Source: Leptogorgia sarmentosa | Taxonomy: Eukaryota | Direction: 5' to 3' | Assembly (NCBI GenBank): GCA_964658305.1 | Contig: OZ210884.1 | Span: 186,001 to 250,000 of the forward strand | Length of the DNA: 64,000 nucleotides | Shown here: positions 12,095 through 23,402 of the stretch, piece by piece | Layout: each line of letters opens with the position of its first letter | Position numbering within the stretch: the stretch's first letter is position 1 | Translations under genes and position numbers: made by a program | Notes under the pieces: generated by a model | Told to the model about the DNA's origin: nothing | Databases searched by the model: none | What the model saw: the letters and a program-made list of their open reading frames with translations, nothing else

Positions 12095-12602
12095 GAACTG
12101 AAAAATATACACTGTATTCGTATAATTATTTGAAATCGAACATAATTTAAACTTCAGTTGTGACCAAAGTACTCAAACTTGTTTAAAATGTTAATAAAAT
12201 ATTTGTATTGTGTGGGAACATTGTACAAAATATAAACATACTGTGTTTGTTGTAAGATACAAAAATTTAGGATATATATTGCAGCTAAATGAAATGAGAT
12301 TGTCCTTTACAAAAAGCTAGAAAGCTAAAGCTAAATGTCAAAGAATGACTTTGTTTAAATATTTGTTCTTTTGGCTTATTGGCATATAAATTGATAAAAT
12401 TCATATGTTCACTCAATTATGTATAAAAAGTCTGATGACAATCAATGTATTGCTTGTGTTTAATCTGATATATACACTATACAGGTTAAGACTACAATCC
12501 TGCACAAAAATAGTGGCAAAAAAACAACTTTTTACTTGAAAATCTGATTTTAAGGATATACCGGCTTTAATTTTGGCAAACTTTAGTAATTATTTTGAAT
12601 AA

Positions 12603-14321
12603 TTATTCCCATATCCCAAATGTTTGGACCATTTCTTCAGCCGACTTCACAAATTCAAAATTGGCAACAATTGAGTCTATCATCTTGAGTGTCAATCCTG
12701 TGCTTGCATCAATTCCTCCCATTTGATACCCTTCTGACCCCAACTTCAACCTGTACTCTCTCATCAACGTTCTTATCTTGTCTTGCTGACTTTTCAATAT
12801 ATTGCAGCTTGGTTGTGGTACTGGGTTATGTGGCTCTTCATGCATATCAGTTATAGTTAATGATTCATTCAATGGTTGCAGAACTTCGCAAGAGTTGCAT
12901 TTGCACATCTTTAAACAATTACTGCAGCACAAATGTCTGTCGGTTTCATTGGTTGTTGTCAAATTCGATCCCAAATACCTTAAAATTATATTTCTCAAAC
13001 AGCCAGATTCTTCACGACAAAACATGCGCACCTCTTCTGTCATTCCACGCTTATTTGATGCAATATCGTGACCATTATAGTATAAAGAAGCGTGTGCTTG
13101 CTTGCCATTTCTGCCAGCCCTGCCAATCTCTTGATAGTAAGACTCCAGTGTACAGGGAGGACCAATGTGTACAATGTGTCTAACATCTGGAATATCAACC
13201 CCCAAGCCAATTGCCACGGTTGCAAAAACAACCCTTGTTTTTCTTGATGAATCATGACCTTTCAATTGCGACAATATTTCTAGCTTCATTTCTTCAGTTT
13301 GTGGGGAATGGTACTGAGCAAACAAACAGTTTTTCGGAATCCTTTCGTCAGAAGGAATATAGCTTTTATCTTCTAGTTCCTCCATAAAAAGTTTGAATGC
13401 ATACCCACACCATTTTAGAGGAAGGTAAATGATGGTAAGTGGAAACAGAATTAAACTTTTCTTCAATTCCCTTGCAATTGGAAGCAATATGGAGTCGAAG
13501 CTTTCTTCATTTGTGGATGCTGGTTTCCTTTTTTTTTTCTCAATAAAAATATTCGGACGATTTAGATTGGCAACAACAACAAATGGTTTCTTAAGGTGTA
13601 GTGTGCATATAAGCTCATCTCTCATTTGTAGAGGCGCTGTAGCGGTAAGTATAAGGAAAGGCGCGTTTGGAAATATAGAACCTAGCTGAGCCAGCTTACT
13701 GAAGTCTGGACGAAATTCCCGTCCCCATTCTTCAACCAAGTGCGCCTCATCGATCACGCTGGCAACGATACGGTGTTGAAAACTATTGGACAGTAGGAGA
13801 CGTCTACCTTCTTTACATGAAATGAACGCCTCTGGGTGGGCAAAGATTATTTTGAAGTTCTCTTTATCGATATTTTGTTTGGTTTTTTCATCAGTCAATA
13901 ACCGCATGGATTGAGTTTCTGGGGCCTCTTCCTCGTCACTTTCACATTCCGATGTACTACTTTCGTATTTACCATGCTTTTCGGTGGACGTAATGGTGGT
14001 CGTAAGAACGGCAGCTTCTATTCCACGTTTTTTTAGAATAGATGTTTGGTCGCTAATCAAAGAATTTAAGGGTGTTACGATTAGAGCAGCGCATCCATGT
14101 CTGTGACTCAGTGTAGAAATGTTAATATAATCGTAGACGAAAGGAAATAAATGAAAGATTAGTGATTTCCCATAGCCTGTTGGTAAGATTGCAACAGTGT
14201 CACGTTTTTCCAGCAGAGATGCTAACACCTGGTACTGTTTAACTTTCAGAAATATATCTTCGTATTCCAGTTTATCCAATGCGTAACGCACAGCATGAAA
14301 AAATGAATTCAATGTATACAT
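12603..14321 (-). CDS. RecQ-like SF2 helicase (transposon-encoded), copy 1
   Basis: LPTGYGKS, IDEAH, LTATA, ATVAIGLGVDIPDV, YYQEIGRAGR, Cys-rich CCSNC; intronless. Confidence 0.9.
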   Translation of the reverse strand: MYTLNSFFHAVRYALDKLEYEDIFLKVKQYQVLASLLEKRDTVAILPTGYGKSLIFHLFPFVYDYINISTLSHRHGCAALIVTPLNSLISDQTSILKKRGIEAAVLTTTITSTEKHGKYESSTSECESDEEEAPETQSMRLLTDEKTKQNIDKENFKIIFAHPEAFISCKEGRRLLLSNSFQHRIVASVIDEAHLVEEWGREFRPDFSKLAQLGSIFPNAPFLILTATAPLQMRDELICTLHLKKPFVVVANLNRPNIFIEKKKRKPASTNEESFDSILLPIARELKKSLILFPLTIIYLPLKWCGYAFKLFMEELEDKSYIPSDERIPKNCLFAQYHSPQTEEMKLEILSQLKGHDSSRKTRVVFATVAIGLGVDIPDVRHIVHIGPPCTLESYYQEIGRAGRNGKQAHASLYYNGHDIASNKRGMTEEVRMFCREESGCLRNIILRYLGSNLTTTNETDRHLCCSNCLKMCKCNSCEVLQPLNESLTITDMHEEPHNPVPQPSCNILKSQQDKIRTLMREYRLKLGSEGYQMGGIDASTGLTLKMIDSIVANFEFVKSAEEMVQTFGIWE

Positions 14322-14523
14322 ACTTGAGTTTGTAGTTTAAAATCATTCTTATTTTAGATCATTATAGAAAGACCAGTACGAAAACGCTTTCAGTGCTCCA
14401 ATTTGTTTAATTAAAACTATTTATATCGATTAGACAATTAACAACCTATGAGTCATCGCGAAAAAAAGACGGAAAAAAGGAAGTTTGCAAGAGTTTCTTA
14501 TTCACTTGCTGACCTCTCAAAAC

Positions 14524-15671
14524 ATGAGCTCAACACCTAGGAAGGAGTATTTTACATGGAAAAATGTTGATTATTGTTGTTTATGTGAAACCAGCGACAA
14601 CTCAGATCGATTTACAAACATATTTAGTGTTCCTGGACAAAGGAAGGCATTGCCGCAAAAAATCAAAAACCTGCTTGGTACAAAAATTACCACGGGGCTC
14701 ACGGGAGCGTCCTTACGAATTTGCAGAAGTTGCGAGCTCAAAATTAACAACTTCTCCAAATACAAAACATCTGCGTCGTCTGCCCTCATGGGTTTAAAAG
14801 AAATTGTAACTTCAAAACGGTGCCTGAAATTCTCGCCGCAAAAAGATAGAAAAAGGGCGAACGTCGATTTTTCCAGCTCGGGTGGCGAAAATGAAGATGA
14901 AAGCGCTGACCATGCGCCACCGCCTGCATTGCAGTCTGAGGTTGGTATGCCGAAACTTAATTTTTAAGACAAGTGTTTGAATCACAAATAAATAATGGTA
15001 TCTATAGCTACTATCGACTTTCCATTACTTTCCAATGCAAATTCACAGGAAATTCACTGGTCCACTACAGCGAAATATATATAGGGTTATTACACGGTCG
15101 TGCACTTACGCATGAGCGCAGCGAATGAGTAATTAGTAAAATATCATTTTACCACGAGAAAATAAAATTAATATCTTCAAAACCGCCGTATAATTTTCTT
15201 ATATGGTCGTGAAACCGAAAAATTGGTTCGTCGTTCTTGGACAAACGTCTCCATTTTGAAAACAAATTTATTGGGGGAAATTATCATCGATATATTTACT
15301 AGTGAAGATATGGAAAATGTCCGACTGTGTATTTTTCGGTATCTCACTGTCTACTATAATAAAACGGTGTCTCTGTTGTACTTTAGGTGTCAGTTTCTAC
15401 TGCAATGGAAGTCATTATTTCTCAAGTCGAGAAAGAGTGCTCGATGCTTTGTTGGAGACAGCAACCGTCAGAACTGCGAAAAAATGACTTTCCTAGCATG
15501 AGCACGTTTACCTGGGATAAGTTGACGGATGAGATGGTCAGTCGTTGCCCTTTGTTGCTGGATATCTTATTAACTGCTATGGGATACTCTAAGGATAATA
15601 TAGACGAGATCGTCCCACGCCTTTCCTTGTGCTATGCTATTTTATTGCAGAGCAGAAACCATGAGCTGACG
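14524..15671 (+). pseudogene. Truncated transposase gene copy (exons 14524-14940 and 15387-15671)
   Basis: Identical to copy 2 up to SRNHELT, then fused to the sequence starting at 7010. Confidence 0.8.
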
Positions 15672-16492
15672 ACAAAATATTTTCCAGTGCGGACCTCCCA
15701 GCTGGTAAATAACATATATTTATTTTTTTCGGTCCGTAACTCCCGGTCCGTAACCTAAATATAGCTTTCTGATTGGTTGCTGAGCGGTCCGTATCCTACG
15801 ATTTTGAGACCTCGACAAAATATTTTCCAGTACGGACCTCCCAGCTGGTAAATAACATATATATAATTTCAAAGTGTTCTATGGCTTTGAAATCGACATA
15901 TTTACAAAAACAGTTTAACTTGATAAATACACACCAAAAAGCACGGGAAAGACAACAGTTACAGAATTAAAGTAGTTGACCTTACGTTTAAACTTTAGCT
16001 AGTTTTAAATTTCAGCATTTTTCATCTGTATTTTTGTTGCACTTGAAAGTACAAAACCAGCAATACAAATTTTACCGTTGTAAAATGTCAACAAACAGCA
16101 ACAAGCGATCCAACTAAGTCAAGCGATGAATTTTACAGCGTCGAGTTGACTATTTTCCAGATTCAAAACTGCACAATTAACATTTACAACTAAACTTCTT
16201 CAATTTTATTCTTTTAATCGGTCGCAAAGACGTTTTTAACTGATGACAACTTCAATTCTATCTTCGCTCTTTCAACCATTTTGTTTACAGTTCTTCTCTT
16301 GACTGATATGAGCTAACATCCATCTTTTAGAGAACAAATCAGATTGCAGAATAGCTCATATCCAGGGCTTGTGTATATAATAATTAAAATTCTATTTGAT
16401 GATTGTGATGCTAGTTATAGTACTTCTTTGTTTCAAGGTACCCAATTGATCTCAAGAAAAAGAGAAATAAATCCAACTAGCATTTCAGGTAA

Positions 16493-17449
16493 TTAATACA
16501 TACACACATATAGATTTCCCTTTGTTTTCCTGACAGGGCAATAAAAATTGTGTACCACCTGTGGGCAATACAGGAAAAACCTGAGAAGCAGTCCGAGCCA
16601 ACTTGTGCTTTCAGTGGTTAAAGAACATCCTGGAAGAGACAACACCTTAAGTCCATGCTGCTTCGCTTTTAATGCATTACATAGAAATCGCATGCCATCA
16701 TCACCTACATTCCGACAATAAGTAAGATTGAGCACTGCAAGTTGCTTACAAGCCTCATAGCCCAGAACATCACAAAACGTAGAAATTCCATCAGAAGTGA
16801 TTCCATCATTGCCTCTCAAGCATAACTCCTTCAGACAAATCCTATGACCATTTTTAAGAAACTCAGTTAACGTGGATAAATCAGCATCAGTAATACCGTA
16901 GACAGAAAGATCCAGGTGAGCGAGTTTAGAATGTTCGTGATTAATGTGACATTGTGATGTTGTTATTGCAGTAAGAAGATGTTCCAGGACCTCTTGTACA
17001 GGGGAAATTTCGCACTCGGTGATGGTTAATGCTTCAATGCATCTGTGGCGAAGTAATTTTGTAATTTCTACCACAAAATCAACATGTGCTATCCGATTCA
17101 AAGATAAGTTTTTTAAACGTTTTAAGTGCTTGCAAACAAACACAAGTGCCGCCAAATCACTTGGGGGAAGCGATTCTCCGCGATAATGGAATATCTTAGT
17201 CACGTCTTTCAAAGCAGATGTCATTACGACTTCTTCTGCAATATCTTCACTCTCTGTTTCTCTTAAACACTTCATCATCAACATTCGATCAGCCCGCGGT
17301 TTGTAAACAGTATCCCCATCTTCAATTTCAATTTGCAAATGTTCTCTAAAAGCCAAAAGGCAACTCTTGTATTCTTCAGACATTTTCATTCTCTTTCCCA
17401 ACAACCCAGCTAGAAACTGAAGTACCAGATGCCAATTTGCCATGTTCAA
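16493..17449 (-). CDS. NLR copy 2, C-terminal LRR part, out of frame
   Basis: Identical peptide to 7833-8789. Confidence 0.85.
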   Translation of the reverse strand: MNMANWHLVLQFLAGLLGKRMKMSEEYKSCLLAFREHLQIEIEDGDTVYKPRADRMLMMKCLRETESEDIAEEVVMTSALKDVTKIFHYRGESLPPSDLAALVFVCKHLKRLKNLSLNRIAHVDFVVEITKLLRHRCIEALTITECEISPVQEVLEHLLTAITTSQCHINHEHSKLAHLDLSVYGITDADLSTLTEFLKNGHRICLKELCLRGNDGITSDGISTFCDVLGYEACKQLAVLNLTYCRNVGDDGMRFLCNALKAKQHGLKVLSLPGCSLTTESTSWLGLLLRFFLYCPQVVHNFYCPVRKTKGNLYVCMY

Positions 17450-20000
17450 AATGAGAAGTAATAAATTCTTCGATATCCTGTGGTTTTTTTGCTTCCACTA
17501 TATGTTTGGCTGCAAGAAATTCTTGTACAGTTAAATGAATGAAACAAGCTTGAGCTTGACAGAATGGGACGGGTAAACGATGCAACAATCCTGATTTTTC
17601 CATCTGCTCATTAACAAATTCACCATCAAAAATCAATTGGTCATTTTTCATACCATCAAAAGCCAACTGCTGGAGTTCCTTAATAACTTTTTCATAATGT
17701 TCTTTGGGGAGTTCTCGATTATGATTCTGATAAAAATGATGTAAAGCTTCTCGATACAGGTCAGTTAAAGTAGTTGGCAAGGCACTGCCATTGCCTTTAT
17801 CACTTAGGCCATTTAATAAAGTAAAACAAACTATAAAACAGTTCACCGGAATATAACACATGTTCTTTAGTTCTGATGATTTGATATGATTCCATATCTT
17901 TTGTTTTAGCTCATCTTTTTCATTATTAACACAAAATTTTTCGACGTAGTTCTCAATTTTCTCTTCAGTGAATCCAATTATCTCAACTTTTCGATCAAAA
18001 TGAAGTTTTGATAAAACATCAATGGCAGTTGGTCTGCTAGTTACCAACACTGTTGCCCCAGGTAAAATCTGGTCAGACAAAATTTTAATGAAAAGAAACG
18101 TTGCTGATATGGGAGAACTAGAGTGGTTCGGGAGCATTTTAGACTGATCTAGAAAGTCCTGAAATTTCTGGAGATTCGCAAGATATTCATCAAAGCCATC
18201 AAAGACAAATATAGCATTTTGAGGGTTTGCCCATATTTCTTCAAAAACACTTTCAAATTCATCTTGACTCAGTTGTGTTCCAAGTTGAAGAAATTTCTTA
18301 AGTGTCAAATTTTGTAATTGCTCAAAATGAAACCATCTAAATTTGAAAAAGAATGGAATCTTGCCTTGGTAAAATTCGTCAATCCCCCTGGCCCAATCCC
18401 GCATAATTTTCCGGGTCAAAACAGTTTTGCCAATTCCAGGTCTTCCAAGGACTAAAATAGTTTGTGGGGAATTACCCTTTGTATCCTTGTTTGGATGAAA
18501 TAAATCTTTAACCTCTTCAAGACGTATCGAGTGTTCAGGAACTTTTATATAAACATCATTGATCTCATGTCTGGTCATATGTTTTAAAAATTTCAATGGT
18601 GCTCGTTCAGTTTGAATAACAACATCAATAAAAATCTCATCCAAATTTGTGTCTGTGTTGAGGCCATAGTTAATATCTGATGTTAGAGAAGCCTTCAAAA
18701 TGTTTTTCTTGTAAATCTGGGCTGTGTTTGGAGTAGGAATGTCCATGCCGATCAGAGGATTGACTTCAGGCATATGATGATTTCGAAGGAAATGGATGAA
18801 TACAAATTCCATATCACATGACCAAGATTTGGGTTTAAAATAAGGAAATCGACCCCTTTTAGTTAAACGCCTTATCATGTAAATCACTTCGAAGAGCATT
18901 AGCAGTGTAAAAATTACATTACATCCAAACACTGCATAGCTACAAGATTGTTTATCCTGTGCAGCCAAGTTCATACATGTTACCATTGATTGAGGGACAC
19001 TTCCATTCTTTGCTGTAGTTATGTTGAGGTCTGGGTAAATGCAACTGAATTCTGAATCAAAACCACTCGGATCATATAATATAGTAAACTGTAGGATGGT
19101 AACTAATACACCAAATATCGCCCGAACCACAAGGTGGAAGAAATAAAAGTAGAAAATATATAAAGTTCTTGTACCTGGTTGATTGCGACCATTGAATGTT
19201 ACCATTGATTGAGGGACACTTGCATTCTTTGCTGTAGTTATGTTGAGGTCTGGGTAAATGCAACTGAATTCTGAATCAAAACCACTCGGATCATATAATA
19301 TAGTAAACTGTAGGATGGTAACTAATACACCAAATATCGCCCGAACCACAAGGTGGAAGAAATAAAAGTAGAAAATATATAAAGTTCTTGTACCTGGTTG
19401 ATTGCGACCATTGAATGTTACCATTGATTGAGGGACACTTGCATTCTTTGCTGTAGTTATGTTGAGGTCTGGGTAAATGCAACTGAATTCTGAATCAAAA
19501 CCACTCGGATCATATAATATAGTAAACTGTAGGATGGTAACTAATACACCAAATATCGCCCGAACCACAAGGTGGAAGAAATAAAAGTAGAAAATATATA
19601 AAGTTCTTGTACCTGGTTGATTGCGACCATTGAGAAGATGAGCGCCATCACTTCCGCCTTCAAAGTATTTTTCTACTTCGTCGACACGACTGCCAACAGC
19701 AAGCGAATAAATGAGACTCACAACAGCCACAGGAATGAAACTCAACAGGACGAAAGCATAAAGTCTGACAGGAGAGTTGTAGTCCTCGTTGTAGATTGAA
19801 AAACACGTTTTCTCCACGTATGTCTTGTGCGTCGCAAATGTTGTGTCGACCGCACAGCTGAACTTTTCCGTCTCTCCCGCTTTTAAATTTGTCGTAATAG
19901 CTATCAATACAACTCCACAAATTGAATGAAGTATCACACATACGTAAGCCGAGATACTAAATCTCTTCGGAGAAAAATAGTCCTTTATACTATCCATCAT
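17376..20000 (-). CDS. NLR copy 2: connexin-like TM domain (3x 73-aa repeat) + NACHT; frameshift at ~17435
   Basis: As copy 1, plus one extra 219-bp unit. Confidence 0.88.
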   Translation of the reverse strand: MMDSIKDYFSPKRFSISAYVCVILHSICGVVLIAITTNLKAGETEKFSCAVDTTFATHKTYVEKTCFSIYNEDYNSPVRLYAFVLLSFIPVAVVSLIYSLAVGSRVDEVEKYFEGGSDGAHLLNGRNQPGTRTLYIFYFYFFHLVVRAIFGVLVTILQFTILYDPSGFDSEFSCIYPDLNITTAKNASVPQSMVTFNGRNQPGTRTLYIFYFYFFHLVVRAIFGVLVTILQFTILYDPSGFDSEFSCIYPDLNITTAKNASVPQSMVTFNGRNQPGTRTLYIFYFYFFHLVVRAIFGVLVTILQFTILYDPSGFDSEFSCIYPDLNITTAKNGSVPQSMVTCMNLAAQDKQSCSYAVFGCNVIFTLLMLFEVIYMIRRLTKRGRFPYFKPKSWSCDMEFVFIHFLRNHHMPEVNPLIGMDIPTPNTAQIYKKNILKASLTSDINYGLNTDTNLDEIFIDVVIQTERAPLKFLKHMTRHEINDVYIKVPEHSIRLEEVKDLFHPNKDTKGNSPQTILVLGRPGIGKTVLTRKIMRDWARGIDEFYQGKIPFFFKFRWFHFEQLQNLTLKKFLQLGTQLSQDEFESVFEEIWANPQNAIFVFDGFDEYLANLQKFQDFLDQSKMLPNHSSSPISATFLFIKILSDQILPGATVLVTSRPTAIDVLSKLHFDRKVEIIGFTEEKIENYVEKFCVNNEKDELKQKIWNHIKSSELKNMCYIPVNCFIVCFTLLNGLSDKGNGSALPTTLTDLYREALHHFYQNHNRELPKEHYEKVIKELQQLAFDGMKNDQLIFDGEFVNEQMEKSGLLHRLPVPFCQAQACFIHLTVQEFLAAKHIVEAKKPQDIEEFITSHFEHGKLASGTSVSSWVVGKENENV
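18978..19633 (-). repeat. In-frame 219-bp tandem repeat, 3 copies
   Basis: 73-aa unit three times; overlapping 63-aa ORFs at 219-bp offset. Confidence 0.95.
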
Positions 20001-21481
20001 CTTTGTAAAATCAGCGAAATATTCACAATTTTTACTGCGTTTTATACAAGAAATTTTGTTGAGACTTGATTTGATTGCGCTTCTGTTAATTTATGCCATT
20101 GTGGTTTCCGTGGTTTCCGTTTCGAATAATTATCTCGCTACTACTTCATGTAACTTTACTAAAGTTGCCCTCTAAGCTGTAACGATCAAAAGTCGACACA
20201 TTTTTGGTTTAGGAAAGCGGAAAAGTGTTGCAAGCCAGAGAAGCCAGAGAAGCGATTGTTAAATTGATAAAATGCTTTGATCAGCAACCTCACTATACGA
20301 TATTATATGACACTTTGTTAAATTAACGCCGATTTAATTGGTTTTTTACCAACCTCGTACCCAGGGCCTTCGTAACGGCGGAGAAAACAGAAGGAAACGA
20401 AGGCCCTGGCCCTGGTAAACTCTGGTCACGTGTCGTCAGAAACGGGGCGTTTTTCTCCACGCGAGATTTTTTAGACGGGGGGTGAAAATAGTGGTTTTCA
20501 CGTGTGATGCAATGAGAACGAAGCACTATAAGATATGCAATCTTCAAAAATGTTTTACGTTATATTTGATTAAAGGGCAATGGATCAAAGTCGAATTAGT
20601 TCTTACACTAATAATCAATAAATTGGATATAAATGTATGTGCTGTAAACGATACCACTCGGAAATTTGGTGTAGAGTATGAAGAAATTTGAAATTGGCTC
20701 GAAATATCAATGGGATATTTGTAACATATGCTGCTACCGAACAGCCTACACAGAACTTTATGCCGATTCATGTAAAGCATTTGAATGGATGAATTGTTTT
20801 ATATTTATCGTTGATGTATGGTCTACGAAGTACGAACTCGGTACCGCTACAGGGAACTCAAGGGTATCGGGGTAAAGCATTTGAATGGATGAATTGTTTT
20901 ATATTTATCGTTGATGTATGGTCTACGAAGTACGAACTCGGTACCGCTACAGGGAACTCAAGGGTATCGGGGTGAACTGAAAAATATACACTGTATTCGT
21001 ATAATTATTTGAAATCGAACATAATTTAAACTTCAGTTGTGACCAAAGTACTCAAACTTGTTTAAAATGTTAATAAAATATTTGTATTGTGTGGGAACAT
21101 TGTACAAAATATAAACATACTGTGTTTGTTGTAAGATACAAAAATTTAGGATATATATTGCAGCTAAATGAAATGAGATTGTCCTTTACAAAAAGCTAGA
21201 AAGCTAAAGCTAAATGTCAAAGAATGACTTTGTTTAAATATTTGTTCTTTTGGCTTATTGGCATATAAATTGATAAAATTCATATGTTCACTCAATTATG
21301 TATAAAAAGTCTGATGACAATCAATGTATTGCTTGTGTTTAATCTGATATATACACTATACAGGTTAAGACTACAATCCTGCACAAAAATAGTGGCAAAA
21401 AAACAACTTTTTACTTGAAAATCTGATTTTAAGGATATACCGGCTTTAATTTTGGCAAACTTTAGTAATTATTTTGAATAA

Positions 21482-23200
21482 TTATTCCCATATCCCAAAT
21501 GTTTGGACCATTTCTTCAGCCGACTTCACAAATTCAAAATTGGCAACAATTGAGTCTATCATCTTGAGTGTCAATCCTGTGCTTGCATCAATTCCTCCCA
21601 TTTGATACCCTTCTGACCCCAACTTCAACCTGTACTCTCTCATCAACGTTCTTATCTTGTCTTGCTGACTTTTCAATATATTGCAGCTTGGTTGTGGTAC
21701 TGGGTTATGTGGCTCTTCATGCATATCAGTTATAGTTAATGATTCATTCAATGGTTGCAGAACTTCGCAAGAGTTGCATTTGCACATCTTTAAACAATTA
21801 CTGCAGCACAAATGTCTGTCGGTTTCATTGGTTGTTGTCAAATTCGATCCCAAATACCTTAAAATTATATTTCTCAAACAGCCAGATTCTTCACGACAAA
21901 ACATGCGCACCTCTTCTGTCATTCCACGCTTATTTGATGCAATATCGTGACCATTATAGTATAAAGAAGCGTGTGCTTGCTTGCCATTTCTGCCAGCCCT
22001 GCCAATCTCTTGATAGTAAGACTCCAGTGTACAGGGAGGACCAATGTGTACAATGTGTCTAACATCTGGAATATCAACCCCCAAGCCAATTGCCACGGTT
22101 GCAAAAACAACCCTTGTTTTTCTTGATGAATCATGACCTTTCAATTGCGACAATATTTCTAGCTTCATTTCTTCAGTTTGTGGGGAATGGTACTGAGCAA
22201 ACAAACAGTTTTTCGGAATCCTTTCGTCAGAAGGAATATAGCTTTTATCTTCTAGTTCCTCCATAAAAAGTTTGAATGCATACCCACACCATTTTAGAGG
22301 AAGGTAAATGATGGTAAGTGGAAACAGAATTAAACTTTTCTTCAATTCCCTTGCAATTGGAAGCAATATGGAGTCGAAGCTTTCTTCATTTGTGGATGCT
22401 GGTTTCCTTTTTTTTTTCTCAATAAAAATATTCGGACGATTTAGATTGGCAACAACAACAAATGGTTTCTTAAGGTGTAGTGTGCATATAAGCTCATCTC
22501 TCATTTGTAGAGGCGCTGTAGCGGTAAGTATAAGGAAAGGCGCGTTTGGAAATATAGAACCTAGCTGAGCCAGCTTACTGAAGTCTGGACGAAATTCCCG
22601 TCCCCATTCTTCAACCAAGTGCGCCTCATCGATCACGCTGGCAACGATACGGTGTTGAAAACTATTGGACAGTAGGAGACGTCTACCTTCTTTACATGAA
22701 ATGAACGCCTCTGGGTGGGCAAAGATTATTTTGAAGTTCTCTTTATCGATATTTTGTTTGGTTTTTTCATCAGTCAATAACCGCATGGATTGAGTTTCTG
22801 GGGCCTCTTCCTCGTCACTTTCACATTCCGATGTACTACTTTCGTATTTACCATGCTTTTCGGTGGACGTAATGGTGGTCGTAAGAACGGCAGCTTCTAT
22901 TCCACGTTTTTTTAGAATAGATGTTTGGTCGCTAATCAAAGAATTTAAGGGTGTTACGATTAGAGCAGCGCATCCATGTCTGTGACTCAGTGTAGAAATG
23001 TTAATATAATCGTAGACGAAAGGAAATAAATGAAAGATTAGTGATTTCCCATAGCCTGTTGGTAAGATTGCAACAGTGTCACGTTTTTCCAGCAGAGATG
23101 CTAACACCTGGTACTGTTTAACTTTCAGAAATATATCTTCGTATTCCAGTTTATCCAATGCGTAACGCACAGCATGAAAAAATGAATTCAATGTATACAT
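21482..23200 (-). CDS. RecQ-like SF2 helicase, copy 2
   Basis: Identical to 12603-14321. Confidence 0.9.
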   Translation of the reverse strand: MYTLNSFFHAVRYALDKLEYEDIFLKVKQYQVLASLLEKRDTVAILPTGYGKSLIFHLFPFVYDYINISTLSHRHGCAALIVTPLNSLISDQTSILKKRGIEAAVLTTTITSTEKHGKYESSTSECESDEEEAPETQSMRLLTDEKTKQNIDKENFKIIFAHPEAFISCKEGRRLLLSNSFQHRIVASVIDEAHLVEEWGREFRPDFSKLAQLGSIFPNAPFLILTATAPLQMRDELICTLHLKKPFVVVANLNRPNIFIEKKKRKPASTNEESFDSILLPIARELKKSLILFPLTIIYLPLKWCGYAFKLFMEELEDKSYIPSDERIPKNCLFAQYHSPQTEEMKLEILSQLKGHDSSRKTRVVFATVAIGLGVDIPDVRHIVHIGPPCTLESYYQEIGRAGRNGKQAHASLYYNGHDIASNKRGMTEEVRMFCREESGCLRNIILRYLGSNLTTTNETDRHLCCSNCLKMCKCNSCEVLQPLNESLTITDMHEEPHNPVPQPSCNILKSQQDKIRTLMREYRLKLGSEGYQMGGIDASTGLTLKMIDSIVANFEFVKSAEEMVQTFGIWE

Positions 23201-23402
23201 ACTTGAGTTTGTAGTTTAAAATCATTCTTATTTTAGATCATTATAGAAAGACCAGTACGAAAACGCTTTCAGTGCTCCAATTTGTTTAATTAAAACTATT
23301 TATATCGATTAGACAATTAACAACCTATGAGTCATCGCGAAAAAAAGACGGAAAAAAGGAAGTTTGCAAGAGTTTCTTATTCACTTGCTGACCTCTCAAA
23401 AC

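Larger units (their letters stand above)
11471..15671. mobile_element. AcademH-like DNA transposon, copy 1, truncated by the duplication junction
   Basis: Left TIR CAACCTCGTACCCAGGGCC at 11471-11555, helicase, transposase exons 1-2 only. Confidence 0.8.

Noticed and set aside
12603..14321. Host RecQ gene (WRN/BLM/RECQL) or bacterial recQ
   Set aside because: Lies inside TIRs beside a transposase and lacks HRDC or exonuclease extensions; best read as transposon-encoded.
14485..14523. TTG-initiated N-terminal extension of transposase exon 1 (also 23364)
   Set aside because: Eukaryotic gene; the ATG at 14524/23403 is the plausible start.
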